Below, in pieces: positions 41,001 to 53,630 of a DNA stretch of 64,000 nt. The notes beneath the pieces are model-generated. The model searched no databases, was not told the DNA's origin, and saw nothing but the letters and a program-made list of their open reading frames with translations. The stretch is from contig CM082592.2 of NCBI GenBank assembly GCA_040954595.2, positions 2,282,338-2,346,337 on the forward strand. The letters run 5' to 3'. Source of the DNA: Balanoglossus misakiensis. Taxonomy: Eukaryota; Animalia; Hemichordata. Made by a program: the position numbers and the translations under genes. Position 1 is the first letter of the stretch, and every line of letters starts with the position of its first letter.

Positions 41001-42424
41001 CATGGATGCTTCCAAACACCGTCTCGTTATTTGCATATTCCGTTGTGATGCGTAGAACACACTGGCCTGAGCGAATAAGAAAGTTTTCCGGTAGACTCTG
41101 TAGATCGACTGTTTGTTCTAAAATATCCATGGATGCTTCCAAACACCGTCTCGTTATTTGCATATTCCGTTGTGATGCGTAGAACACACTGGCCTGAGCG
41201 AATAAGAAAGTTTTCCGGTAGACTCTGTAGATCGACTGTTTGTTCTAAAATATCCATGGATGCTTCCAAACACCGTCTCGTTATTTGCATATTCCGTTGT
41301 GATGCGTAGAACACACAGGCCTGAGCGAATAAGAAAGTTTTCCGGTAGACTCTGTAGATCGACTGTTTGTTCTAATATATCCATGGATGCTTCCAAACAC
41401 CGTCTCGTTATTTGCATATTCCGTTGTGATGCGTAGAACACACTGGCCTGAGCGAATAAGAAAGTTTTCCGGTAGACTCTGTAGATCGACTATTTGTTCT
41501 AAAATATCTATGGATGCTTCCAAACACCGTCTCGTTATTTGCATATTCCGTTGTGATGCGAGAACACACAGGCCTGAGCGAATAAGAAAGTTTTCCGGTA
41601 GACTCTGTAGATCGACTGTTTGTTCTAAAATATCCATGGATGCTTCCAAACACTGTCTCGTTATTTGCATATTCCGTTGTGATGCGAGAACACACAGGCC
41701 TGAGCGAATAAGAAAGTTTTCCGGTAGACTCTGTAGATCGACGGTTTGTTCTAAAATATCCATGGATGCTTCCAAACACTGTCTCGTTATTTGCATATTC
41801 CGTTGTGATGCGTAGAACACACAGGCCTGAGCGAATAAGAAAGTTTTCCGGTAGACTCTGTAGATCGACTGTTTGTTCTAAAATATCTATGGATGCTTCC
41901 AAACACCGTCTCGTTATTTGCATATTCCATTGTGATGCGTAGAACACACTGGCCTGAGCGAATAAGAAAGTTTTCCGGTAGACTCTGTAGATCGACGGTT
42001 TGTTCTAAAATATCCATGGATGCTTCCAAACACTGTCTCGTTATTTGCATATTCCGTTGTGATGCGTAGAACACACAGGCCTGAGCGAATAAGAAAGTTT
42101 TCCGGTAGACTCTGTAGATCGACTGTTTGTTCTAAAATATCCATGGATGCTTCCAAACACTGTCTCGTTATTTGCATATTCCGTTGTGATGCGTAGAACA
42201 CACAGGCCTGAGCGAATAAGAAAGTTTTCCGGTAGACTCTGTAGATCGACGGTTTGTTCTAAAATATCCATGGATGCTTCCAAACACTGTCTCGTTATTT
42301 GCATATTCCGTTGTGATGCGTAGAACACACAGGCCTGAGCGAATAAGAAAGTTTTCCGGTAGACTCTGTAGATCGACGGTTTGTTCTAAAATATCCATGG
42401 ATGCTTCCAAACACTGTCTCGTTA

Positions 42425-42723
42425 TTCTTTACTATCAATCACGTGATCTGGCAATGTGTCACATGGCGCAGTCATTTCCAGATGACGGGCAAGCAATATT
42501 TCGGCATCCAGTAAAAGTTTTTCAGAGTATGTTTTTACTTTAGAACCGCCAAACACATAACATGTATCGGGTATGTTGCCTCATCAGCCTCATTGCATTT
42601 CGTCTGCACAGTCTTTGTCTGCACCACGTAAGTCCACGTTGCTGAAGTTGCCCGTCATCTGGAAATCTGAACGCGAACGTAACTGCCACCTGAACGCGTC
42701 TGACGTCATTTGATAGCGAAGAA
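42425..42723 (+). mobile_element. 299-bp IR-bounded cassette, orientation A (copy 1)
   Basis: Ends TTCTTTACTATCAA / TTGATAGCGAAGAA; internal 18-bp IR TTTCCAGATGACGGGCAA / TTGCCCGTCATCTGGAAA; inserted at CTCGTTA^TTTGCAT. Confidence 0.85.
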
Positions 42724-42977
42724 TTTGCATATTCCGTTGTGATGCGTAGAACACACAGGCCTGAGCGAATAAGAAAGTTTTCCGGTAGACTCTGTAGATC
42801 GACGGTTTGTTCTAAAATATCCATGGATGCTTCCAAACACTGTCTCGTTATTTGCATATTCCGTTGTGATGCGTAGAACACACTGGCCTGAGCGAATAAG
42901 AAAGTTTTCCGGTAGACTCTGTAGATCGACGGTTTGTTCTAAAATATCCATGGATGCTTCCAAACACTGTCTCGTTA

Positions 42978-43276
42978 TTCTTCGCTATCAAATGACGTCA
43001 GACGCGTTCAGGTGGCAGTTACGTTCGCATTCAAATTTCCAGATGACGGGCAACTTCAGCAACGTGGACTTACGTGGTGCAGACAAAGACTGTGCAGACG
43101 AAATGCAATGAGGCTGATGAGGCAACATACCCGATACATGTTATGTGTTTGGCAGTTCTAAAGTAAAAACATACTCGGAAAAACTTTTACTGGATGCCGA
43201 AATATTGCTTGCCCGTCATCTGGAAATGACTGCGCCATGGGACACATTGCCAGATCACGTGATTGATAGTAAAGAA
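42978..43276 (-). mobile_element. 299-bp cassette, orientation B (copy 2)
   Basis: Reverse complement of copy 1 with about 5 substitutions; same monomer position. Confidence 0.85.
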
Positions 43277-43784
43277 TTTGCATATTCCATTGTGATGCGT
43301 AGAACACACTGGCCTGAGCGAATAAGAAAGTTTTCCGGTAGACTCTGTAGATCGACGGTTTGTTCTAAAATATCCATGGATGCTTCCAAACACTGTCTCG
43401 TTATTTGCATATTCCGTTGTGATGCGTAGAACACACAGGCCTGAGCGAATAAGAAAGTTTTCCGGTAGACTCTGTAGATCGACTGTTTGTTCTAAAATAT
43501 CCATGGATGCTTCCAAACACTGTCTCGTTATTTGCATATTCCGTTGTGATGCGTAGAACACACAGGCCTGAGCGAATAAGAAAGTTTTCCGGTAGACTCT
43601 GTAGATCGACGGTTTGTTCTAAAATATCCATGGATGCTTCCAAACACTGTCTCGTTATTTGCATATTCCGTTGTGATGCGTAGAACACACAGGCCTGAGC
43701 GAATAAGAAAGTTTTCCGGTAGACTCTGTAGATCGACGGTTTGTTCTAAAATATCCATGGATGCTTCCAAACACTGTCTCGTTA

Positions 43785-44083
43785 TTCTTTACTATCAATC
43801 ACGTGATCTGGCAATGTGTCACATGGCGCAGTCATTTCCAGATGACGGGCAAGCAATATTTCGGCATCCAGTAAAAGTTTTTCAGAGTATGTTTTTACTT
43901 TAGAACCGCCAAACACATAACATGTATCGGGTATGTTGCCTCATCAGCCTCATTGCATTTCGTCTGCACAGTCTTTGTCTGCACCACGTAAGTCCACGTT
44001 GCTGAAGTTGCCCGTCATCTGGAAATCTGAACGCGAACGTAACTGCCACCTGAACGCGTCTGACGTCATTTGATAGCGAAGAA
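43785..44083 (+). mobile_element. 299-bp cassette, orientation A (copy 3)
   Basis: Same as copy 1, 1360 bp downstream. Confidence 0.85.
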
Positions 44084-44337
44084 TTTGCATATTCCGTTGT
44101 GATGCGTAGAACACACAGGCCTGAGCGAATAAGAAAGTTTTCCGGTAGACTCTGTAGATCGACGGTTTGTTCTAAAATATCCATGGATGCTTCCAAACAC
44201 TGTCTCGTTATTTGCATATTCCGTTGTGATGCGTAGAACACACTGGCCTGAGCGAATAAGAAAGTTTTCCGGTAGACTCTGTAGATCGACGGTTTGTTCT
44301 AAAATATCCATGGATGCTTCCAAACACTGTCTCGTTA

Positions 44338-44636
44338 TTCTTCGCTATCAAATGACGTCAGACGCGTTCAGGTGGCAGTTACGTTCGCATTCAAATTTCC
44401 AGATGACGGGCAACTTCAGCAACGTGGACTTACGTGGTGCAGACAAAGACTGTGCAGACGAAATGCAATGAGGCTGATGAGGCAACATACCCGATACATG
44501 TTATGTGTTTGGCAGTTCTAAAGTAAAAACATACTCGGAAAAACTTTTACTGGATGCCGAAATATTGCTTGCCCGTCATCTGGAAATGACTGCGCCATGG
44601 GACACATTGCCAGATCACGTGATTGATAGTAAAGAA
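44338..44636 (-). mobile_element. 299-bp cassette, orientation B (copy 4)
   Basis: Same as copy 2, 1360 bp downstream. Confidence 0.85.
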
Positions 44637-46922
44637 TTTGCATATTCCGTTGTGATGCGTAGAACACACTGGCCTGAGCGAATAAGAAAGTTTTCCGGTA
44701 GACTCTGTAGATCGACTGTTTGTTCTAAAATATCCATGGATGCTTCCAAACACCGTCTCGTTATTTGCATTTTCCGTTGTGATGCGTAGAACACACTGGC
44801 CTGAGCGAATAAGAAAGTTTTCCGGTAGACTCTGTAGATCGACTGTTTGTTCTAAAATATCCATGGATGCTTCCAAACACTGTCTCGTTATTTGCATATT
44901 CCGTTGTGATGCGTAGAACACACAGGCCTGAGCGAATAAGAAAGTTTTCCGGTAGACTCTGTAGATCGACTGTTTGTTCTAAAATATCCATGGATGCTTC
45001 CAAACACCGTCTCGTTATTTGCATATTCCGTTGTGATGCGTAGAACACACAGGCCTGAGCGAATAAGAAAGTTTTCCGGTAGACTCTGTAGATCGACTGT
45101 TTGTTCTCAAATATCCATGGATGCTTCCAAACACCGTCTCGTTATTTGCATATTCCGTTGTGATGCGTAGAACACACAGGCCTGAGCGAATAAGAAAGTT
45201 TTCCGGTAGACTCTGTAGATCGACGGTTTGTTCTAAAATATCCATGGATGCTTCCAAACACCGTCTCGTTATTTGCATATTCCGTTGTGATGCGTAGAAC
45301 ACACAGGCCTGAGCGAATAAGAAAGTTTTCCGGTAGACTCTGTAGATCGACTGTTTGTTCTAAAATATCCATGGATGCTTCCAAACACCGTCTCGTTATT
45401 TGCATATTCCGTTGTGATGCGTAGAACACACTGGCCTGAGCGAATAAGAAAGTTTTCCGGTAGACTCTGTAGATCGACTGTTTGTTCTAAAATATCCATG
45501 GATGCTTCCAAACACCGTCTCGTTATTTGCATATTCCGTTGTGATGCGTAGAACACACTGGCCTGAGCGAATAAGAAAGTTTTCCGGTAGACTCTGTAGA
45601 TCGACGGTTTGTTCTAAAATATCCATGGATGCTTCCAAACACCGTCTCGTTATTTGCATATTCCGTTGTGATGCGTAGAACACACAGGCCTGAGCGAATA
45701 AGAAAGTTTTCCGGTAGACTCTGTAGATCGACTGTTTGTTCTCAAATATCCATGGATGCTTCCAAACACCGTCTCGTTATTTGCATATTCCGTTGTGATG
45801 CGTAGAACACACTGGCCTGAGCGAATAAGAAAGTTTTCCGGTAGACTCTGTAGATCGACTGTTTGTTCTAAAATATCCATGGATGCTTCCAAACACCGTC
45901 TCGTTATTTGCATATTCCGTTGTGATGCGTAGAACACACAGGCCTGAGCGAATAAGAAAGTTTTCCGGTAGACTCTGTAGATCGACGGTTTGTTCTAAAA
46001 TATCCATGGATGCTTCCAAACACTGTCTCGTTATTTGCATATTCCGTTGTGATGCGTAGAACACACAGGCCTGAGCGAATAAGAAAGTTTTCCGGTAGAC
46101 TCTGTAGATCGACTGTTTGTTCTAAAATATCCATGGATGCTTCCAAACACCGTCTCGTTATTTGCATATTCCGTTGTGATGCGTAGAACACACTGGCCTG
46201 AGCGAATAAGAAAGTTTTCCGGTAGACTCTGTAGATCGACTGTTTGTTCTAAAATATCCATGGATGCTTCCAAACACCGTCTCGTTATTTGCATATTCCG
46301 TTGTGATGCGTAGAACACACTGGCCTGAGCGAATAAGAAAGTTTTCCGGTAGACTCTGTAGATCGACTGTTTGTTCTAAAATATCCATGGATGCTTCCAA
46401 ACACCGTCTCGTTATTTGCATATTCCGTTGTGATGCGTAGAACACACAGGCCTGAGCGAATAAGAAAGTTTTCCGGTAGACTCTGTAGATCGACGGTTTG
46501 TTCTAAAATATCCATGGATGCTTCCAAACACTGTCTCGTTATTTGCATATTCCGTTGTGATGCGTAGAACACACTGGCCTGAGCGAATAAGAAAGTTTTC
46601 CGGTAGACTCTGTAGATCGACTGTTTGTTCTAAAATATCCATGGATGCTTCCAAACACCGTCTCGTTATTTGCATATTCCGTTGTTATGCGTAGAACACA
46701 CTGGCCTGAGCGAATAAGAAAGTTTTCCGGTAGACTCTGTAGATCGACTGTTTGTTCTAAAATATCCATGGATGCTTCCAAACACCGTCTCGTTATTTGC
46801 ATATTCCGTTGTGATGCGTAGAACACACAGGCCTGAGCGAATAAGAAAGTTTTCCGGTAGACTCTGTAGATCGACGGTTTGTTCTAAAATATCCATGGAT
46901 GCTTCCAAACACTGTCTCGTTA

Positions 46923-47221
46923 TTCTTTACTATCAATCACGTGATCTGGCAATGTGTCACATGGCGCAGTCATTTCCAGATGACGGGCAAGCAATATTTC
47001 GGCATCCAGTAAAAGTTTTTCAGAGTATGTTTTTACTTTAGAACCGCCAAACACATAACATGTATCGGGTATGTTGCCTCATCAGCCTCATTGCATTTCG
47101 TCTGCACAGTCTTTGTCTGCACCACGTAAGTCCACGTTGCTGAAGTTGCCCGTCATCTGGAAATCTGAACGCGAACGTAACTGCCACCTGAACGCGTCTG
47201 ACGTCATTTGATAGCGAAGAA
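46923..47221 (+). mobile_element. 299-bp cassette, orientation A (copy 5)
   Basis: Same as copy 3, 3138 bp downstream. Confidence 0.85.
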
Positions 47222-47475
47222 TTTGCATATTCCGTTGTGATGCGTAGAACACACAGGCCTGAGCGAATAAGAAAGTTTTCCGGTAGACTCTGTAGATCGA
47301 CGGTTTGTTCTAAAATATCCATGGATGCTTCCAAACACTGTCTCGTTATTTGCATATTCCGTTGTGATGCGTAGAACACACTGGCCTGAGCGAATAAGAA
47401 AGTTTTCCGGTAGACTCTGTAGATCGACGGTTTGTTCTAAAATATCCATGGATGCTTCCAAACACTGTCTCGTTA

Positions 47476-47774
47476 TTCTTCGCTATCAAATGACGTCAGA
47501 CGCGTTCAGGTGGCAGTTACGTTCGCATTCAAATTTCCAGATGACGGGCAACTTCAGCAACGTGGACTTACGTGGTGCAGACAAAGACTGTGCAGACGAA
47601 ATGCAATGAGGCTGATGAGGCAACATACCCGATACATGTTATGTGTTTGGCAGTTCTAAAGTAAAAACATACTCGGAAAAACTTTTACTGGATGCCGAAA
47701 TATTGCTTGCCCGTCATCTGGAAATGACTGCGCCATGGGACACATTGCCAGATCACGTGATTGATAGTAAAGAA
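47476..47774 (-). mobile_element. 299-bp cassette, orientation B (copy 6)
   Basis: Same as copy 4, 3138 bp downstream. Confidence 0.85.
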
Positions 47775-50700
47775 TTTGCATATTCCGTTGTGATGCGTAG
47801 AACACACTGGCCTGAGCGAATAAGAAAGTTTTCCGGTAGACTCTGTAGATCGACTGTTTGTTCTAAAATATCCATGGATGCTTCCAAACACCGTCTCGTT
47901 ATTTGCATTTTCCGTTGTGATGCGTAGAACACACTGGCCTGAGCGAATAAGAAAGTTTTCCGGTAGACTCTGTAGATCGACTGTTTGTTCTAAAATATCC
48001 ATGGATGCTTCCAAACACTGTCTCGTTATTTGCATATTCCGTTGTGATGCGTAGAACACACAGGCCTGAGCGAATAAGAAAGTTTTCCGGTAGACTCTGT
48101 AGATCGACTGTTTGTTCTAAAATATCCATGGATGCTTCCAAACACCGTCTCGTTATTTGCATATTCCGTTGTGATGCGTAGAACACACAGGCCTGAGCGA
48201 ATAAGAAAGTTTTCCGGTAGACTCTGTAGATCGACTGTTTGTTCTCAAATATCCATGGATGCTTCCAAACACCGTCTCGTTATTTGCATATTCCGTTGTG
48301 ATGCGTAGAACACACAGGCCTGAGCGAATAAGAAAGTTTTCCGGTAGACTCTGTAGATCGACGGTTTGTTCTAAAATATCCATGGATGCTTCCAAACACC
48401 GTCTCGTTATTTGCATATTCCGTTGTGATGCGTAGAACACACAGGCCTGAGCGAATAAGAAAGTTTTCCGGTAGACTCTGTAGATCGACTGTTTGTTCTA
48501 AAATATCCATGGATGCTTCCAAACACCGTCTCGTTATTTGCATATTCCGTTGTGATGCGTAGAACACACTGGCCTGAGCGAATAAGAAAGTTTTCCGGTA
48601 GACTCTGTAGATCGACTGTTTGTTCTAAAATATCCATGGATGCTTCCAAACACCGTCTCGTTATTTGCATATTCCGTTGTGATGCGTAGAACACACTGGC
48701 CTGAGCGAATAAGAAAGTTTTCCGGTAGACTCTGTAGATCGACGGTTTGTTCTAAAATATCCATGGATGCTTCCAAACACCGTCTCGTTATTTGCATATT
48801 CCGTTGTGATGCGTAGAACACACAGGCCTGAGCGAATAAGAAAGTTTTCCGGTAGACTCTGTAGATCGACTGTTTGTTCTCAAATATCCATGGATGCTTC
48901 CAAACACCGTCTCGTTATTTGCATATTCCGTTGTGATGCGTAGAACACACTGGCCTGAGCGAATAAGAAAGTTTTCCGGTAGACTCTGTAGATCGACTGT
49001 TTGTTCTAAAATATCCATGGATGCTTCCAAACACCGTCTCGTTATTTGCATATTCCGTTGTGATGCGTAGAACACACAGGCCTGAGCGAATAAGAAAGTT
49101 TTCCGGTAGACTCTGTAGATCGACGGTTTGTTCTAAAATATCCATGGATGCTTCCAAACACTGTCTCGTTATTTGCATATTCCGTTGTGATGCGTAGAAC
49201 ACACTGGCCTGAGCGAATAAGAAAGTTTTCCGGTAGACTCTGTAGATCGACTGTTTGTTCTAAAATATCCATGGATGCTTCCAAACACCGTCTCGTTATT
49301 TGCATATTCCGTTGTGATGCGTAGAACACACAGGCCTGAGCGAATAAGAAAGTTTTCCGGTAGACTCTGTAGATCGACGGTTTGTTCTAAAATATCCATG
49401 GATGCTTCCAAACACTGTCTCGTTATTTGCATATTCCGTTGTGATGCGTAGAACACACTGGCCTGAGCGAATAAGAAAGTTTTCCGGTAGACTCTGTAGA
49501 TCGACTGTTTGTTCTAAAATATCCATGGATGCTTCCAAACACCGTCTCGTTATTTGCATATTCCGTTGTTATGCGTAGAACACACTGGCCTGAGCGAATA
49601 AGAAAGTTTTCCGGTAGACTCTGTAGATCGACTGTTTGTTCTAAAATATCCATGGATGCTTCCAAACACCGTCTCGTTATTTGCATATTCCGTTGTGATG
49701 CGTAGAACACACAGGCCTGAGCGAATAAGAAAGTTTTCCGGTAGACTCTGTAGATCGACGGTTTGTTCTAAAATATCCATGGATGCTTCCAAACACTGTC
49801 TCGTTATTTGCATATTCCGTTGTGATGCGTAGAACACACTGGCCTGAGCGAATAAGAAAGTTTTCCGGTAGACTCTGTAGATCGACTGTTTGTTCTAAAA
49901 TATCCATGGATGCTTCCAAACACCGTCTCGTTATTTGCATATTCCGTTGTGATGCGTAGAACACACTGGCCTGAGCGAATAAGAAAGTTTTCCGGTAGAC
50001 TCTGTAGATCGACTGTTTGTTCTAAAATATCCATGGATGCTTCCAAACACTGTCTCGTTATTTGCATATTCCGTTGTGATGCGTAGAACACACTGGCCTG
50101 AGCGAATAAGAAAGTTTTCCGGTAGACTCTGTAGATCGACTGTTTGTTCTAAAATATCCATGGATGCTTCCAAACACCGTCTCGTTATTTGCATATTCCG
50201 TTGTGATGCGTAGAACACACTGGCCTGAGCGAATAAGAAAGTTTTCCGGTAGACTCTGTAGATCGACGGTTTGTTCTAAAATATCCATGGATGCTTCCAA
50301 ACACCGTCTCGTTATTTGCATATTCCGTTGTGATGCGTAGAACACACAGGCCTGAGCGAATAAGAAAGTTTTCCGGTAGACTCTGTAGATCGACGGTTTG
50401 TTCTAAAATATCCATGGATGCTTCCAAACACCGTCTCGTTATTTGCATATTCCGTTGTGATGCGTAGAACACACAGGCCTGAGCGAATAAGAAAGTTTTC
50501 CGGTAGACTCTGTAGATCGACGGTTTGTTCTAAAATATCCATGGATGCTTCCAAACACTGTCTCGTTATTTGCATATTCCGTTGTGATGCGTAGAACACA
50601 TAGGCCTGAGCGAATAAGAAAGTTTTCCGGTAGACTCTGTAGATCGACTGTTTGTTCTAAAATATCCATGGATGCTTCCAAACACCGTCTCGTTATTTGC

Positions 50701-52659
50701 ATATTCCGTTGTGATGCGTAGAACACACAGGCCTGAGCGAATAAGAAAGTTTTCCGGTAGACTCTGTAGATCGACTGTTTGTTCTCAAATATCCATGGAT
50801 GCTTCCAAACACCGTCTCGTTATTTGCATATTCCGTTGTGATGCGTAGAACACACAGGCCTGAGCGAATAAGAAAGTTTTCCGGTAGACTCTGTAGATCG
50901 ACGGTTTGTTCTAAAATATCCATGGATGATTCCAAACACCGTCTCGTTATTTGCATATTCCGTTGTGATGCGTAGAACACACAGGCCTGAGCGAATAAGA
51001 AAGTTTTCCGGTAGACTCTATAGATCGACGGTTTGTTCTAAAATATCCATGGATGATTCCAAACACCGTCTCGTTATTTGCATATTCCGTTGTGATGCGT
51101 AGAACACACTGGCCTGAGCGAATAAGAAAGTTTTCCGGTAGACTCTGTAGATCGACGGTTTGTTCTAAAATATCCATGGATGCTTCCAAACACCGTCTCG
51201 TTATTTGCATATTCCGTTGTGATGCGTAGAACACACAGGCCTGAGCGAATAAGAAAGTTTTCCGGTAGACTCTGTAGATCGACGGTTTGTTCTAAAATAT
51301 CCATGGATGCTTCCAAACACCGTCTCGTTATTTGCATATTCCGTTGTGATGCGTAGAACACACAGGCCTGAGCGAATAAGAAAGTTTTCCGGTAGACTCT
51401 GTAGATCGACGGTTTGTTCTAAAATATCCATGGATGCTTCCAAACACTGTCTCGTTATTTGCATATTCCGTTGTGATGCGTAGAACACATAGGCCTGAGC
51501 GAATAAGAAAGTTTTCCGGTAGACTCTGTAGATCGACTGTTTGTTCTAAAATATCCATGGATGCTTCCAAACACCGTCTCGTTATTTGCATATTCCGTTG
51601 TGATGCGTAGAACACACAGGCCTGAGCGAATAAGAAAGTTGCAGTTTCGCACCCTTTATTCTCCGCCACATTGCATTTTTGCTGGTTTGTCTAGTGTACC
51701 AGGGCTGAGTGCTTGCCACCCCAACCCCACCGATGATAATATTTAACAAAGTGAATACATAATGAGAATTATACTAGAAGTTTTATAAATAATGTCATGA
51801 CGAAGATGGCGCCAAATCTTCTAACTTTGAGTGGAGTGGCAAAAAGTAAAATTTGTCCTCCCAAACATTGAGATAATTTGCTTTTGAGTTCATTAAAATG
51901 CAACTTTGCGCTACATTTTTTACAAAATTTTCTTATGTGGGAGGGGGACACCCCCTCCAACACCCACCCCCTCCATTCTTCGCCACATTGCATTTATTCA
52001 CTGGTTTGTCTAGTGTACCAGGGCAGACTTCTTCCCACCCCACCCCCGATGCTTACTTTGAGTAGAGTGGCAAAATTAAAATTTGTCCTCCCTAGCATTG
52101 AGTTAATTTGCTTTTGAGTTCATTAAATTGCAACTTTGAGCACCGTATTTTACACCCACCTCCCTCCACTTTTCTTGTTTTACCGATGCTAGCAACTATT
52201 GTATTGACTTGTCATTTTAATTTGTTCATAGATTTCTTTATTGCAACGATATACTATTATATACTTCAATAATACTTTAAGAAATTTATAATTGAGGTGT
52301 GAGGAGCCTCATTCCCTTTATTGCATACAGTGTACATAGGATCAGGACGGCGAATGTTTTCGGCGTGGGGGGGGGGGGGTGATCATATTTTTGGGTCTGT
52401 CAAAGGGTGGTCATCATTTTTTGGTCCTGGGTGAAGGGGGGGTCGGCCTGATTTTGAGAACCGATGACACAAACTTGCCGCCCCCCCCCCTGCCGTAAAA
52501 AGGTATACGGTCACCTCCAATTTACATATCGCCATACATAGTTGAAATGGCGTATTTGAGTGTTCTAAAGAACGCTTTATTTTCGCGTGTGCCACCCACT
52601 GAAAATCTGTGATTGGTTAGATCTCGATTTACCATGGTAACTGTGGCTAAATTTGTATA

Positions 52660-53630
52660 GGTGACCGTCGGTAGTCGACACAGAACCGTGTGCTGCCGTC
52701 GGGTTTCTTAACCAAGACAATCGGCGCTGCCCAAGGACTGTTAGACGGTTCGATTATGTCACGTTTATGCATTTCCTGTATCAGTTTGGTCGTCTCTGCT
52801 CGTGACCAAGGTGACTGTCTACGGGGTTGTTGTCTCAATGGTGGGTGGTCGCCTGTGGAAATACGGTGTTTCGTGGTGGTTGTTCGGCCAACGTCGTCCT
52901 TCGTTTTAGAGAATATATCTCCCCACTCACAAAGAAAACTGGCGACTTTGTCCGCGTTTTCTGGTCCAACTACTTTTATGCTATCTTCATATATAGTCGT
53001 CAGGTGTGTTGGCACAGGAGAAGTTGGGTTGTCGCCCTCACCGTCGGTGTGGCTGACTGCTGAAATCAAGGGCCGTTGAATGTCAGCTATGTCGGTGTTG
53101 GTGGCTTTGGCAATTACAGTACCATGTCGGATGACATGGTCTCTTTCACTTACGTTCAGCAATCGTACTGGTACTCTTCGATTAACAGAATTTACTAAAA
53201 TCTGGCCAACAATCACGCCATGTTCTGTTATCAAATCATTCTTTGTTGCCTCTATAACTCCCCATTTGATGGGTCGGGACAAAAGGGCAGTCGTCACTAC
53301 TTCGTGACCAGCGGGTATAACGGTGTCACTAATTATACACACCCGGGCGCTTAAGTGTCCTCCCCATCTATCTAACAAGGGGACGTCGCCGTTGTCACGG
53401 TTTCGCTGATGTCGGCAACGAAGACATGCATTTCTGTTGAATTATTTCCGACGGAGATAAGAAAATCCGTCTCTCCGTAGTGTGGAAGGTTGGTCGTTCC
53501 GTCTGTGCCATAGATGGTCGAACGGTGGATGGGATGAGTGGAGGGCGTCGAGGGTCGGGAATCATGTCGTAGGCTTGTTTCGACATTATCGTAATTTCCG
53601 ACCCACTTAAAAAGAGTGCGGTAACCATAC
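52660..53630 (-). mobile_element. Ty3/Gypsy LTR-retrotransposon pol fragment (decayed protease, linker, RT N-terminus)
   Basis: ...KHRISTGDHPPLRQQPRRQ...DIIEPSNSPWAAPIVLVKKPDGSTRFCVDYRR is the canonical start of Gypsy RT; upstream ALFLSGSEITI resembles a decayed protease D-S-G motif; no LTRs seen. Confidence 0.9.

Larger units (their letters stand above)
40016..51640. repeat. 127-bp satellite array (~77 monomers) with six 299-bp inserts and higher-order repeats
   Basis: Monomer TTTGCATATTCCGTTGTGATGCGTAGAACACACWGGCCTGAGCGAATAAGAAAGTTTTCCGGTAGACTCTGTAGATCGACKGTTTGTTCTAAAATATCCATGGATGCTTCCAAACACYGTCTCGTTA; near-identical copies. Confidence 0.98.

Noticed and set aside
43100-43225. Hammerhead-like motifs in cassette orientation B (CTGATGA-GGCA...TGCC-GAAA)
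   Set aside because: Core and stem II are suggestive, but I find no NUH site or stem I in the required position. An Infernal search with hammerhead models would settle it.
40016-51640. CRISPR-like array reading of the satellite plus inserts
   Set aside because: Monomers are contiguous 127-mers without unique spacers, the inserts are copies of one sequence, there are no cas genes and the context is eukaryotic.
39916-51746. Dozens of ~95-aa ORFs in the ORF track
   Set aside because: By-products of a 127-bp period that is not divisible by 3; there are no coding signals.
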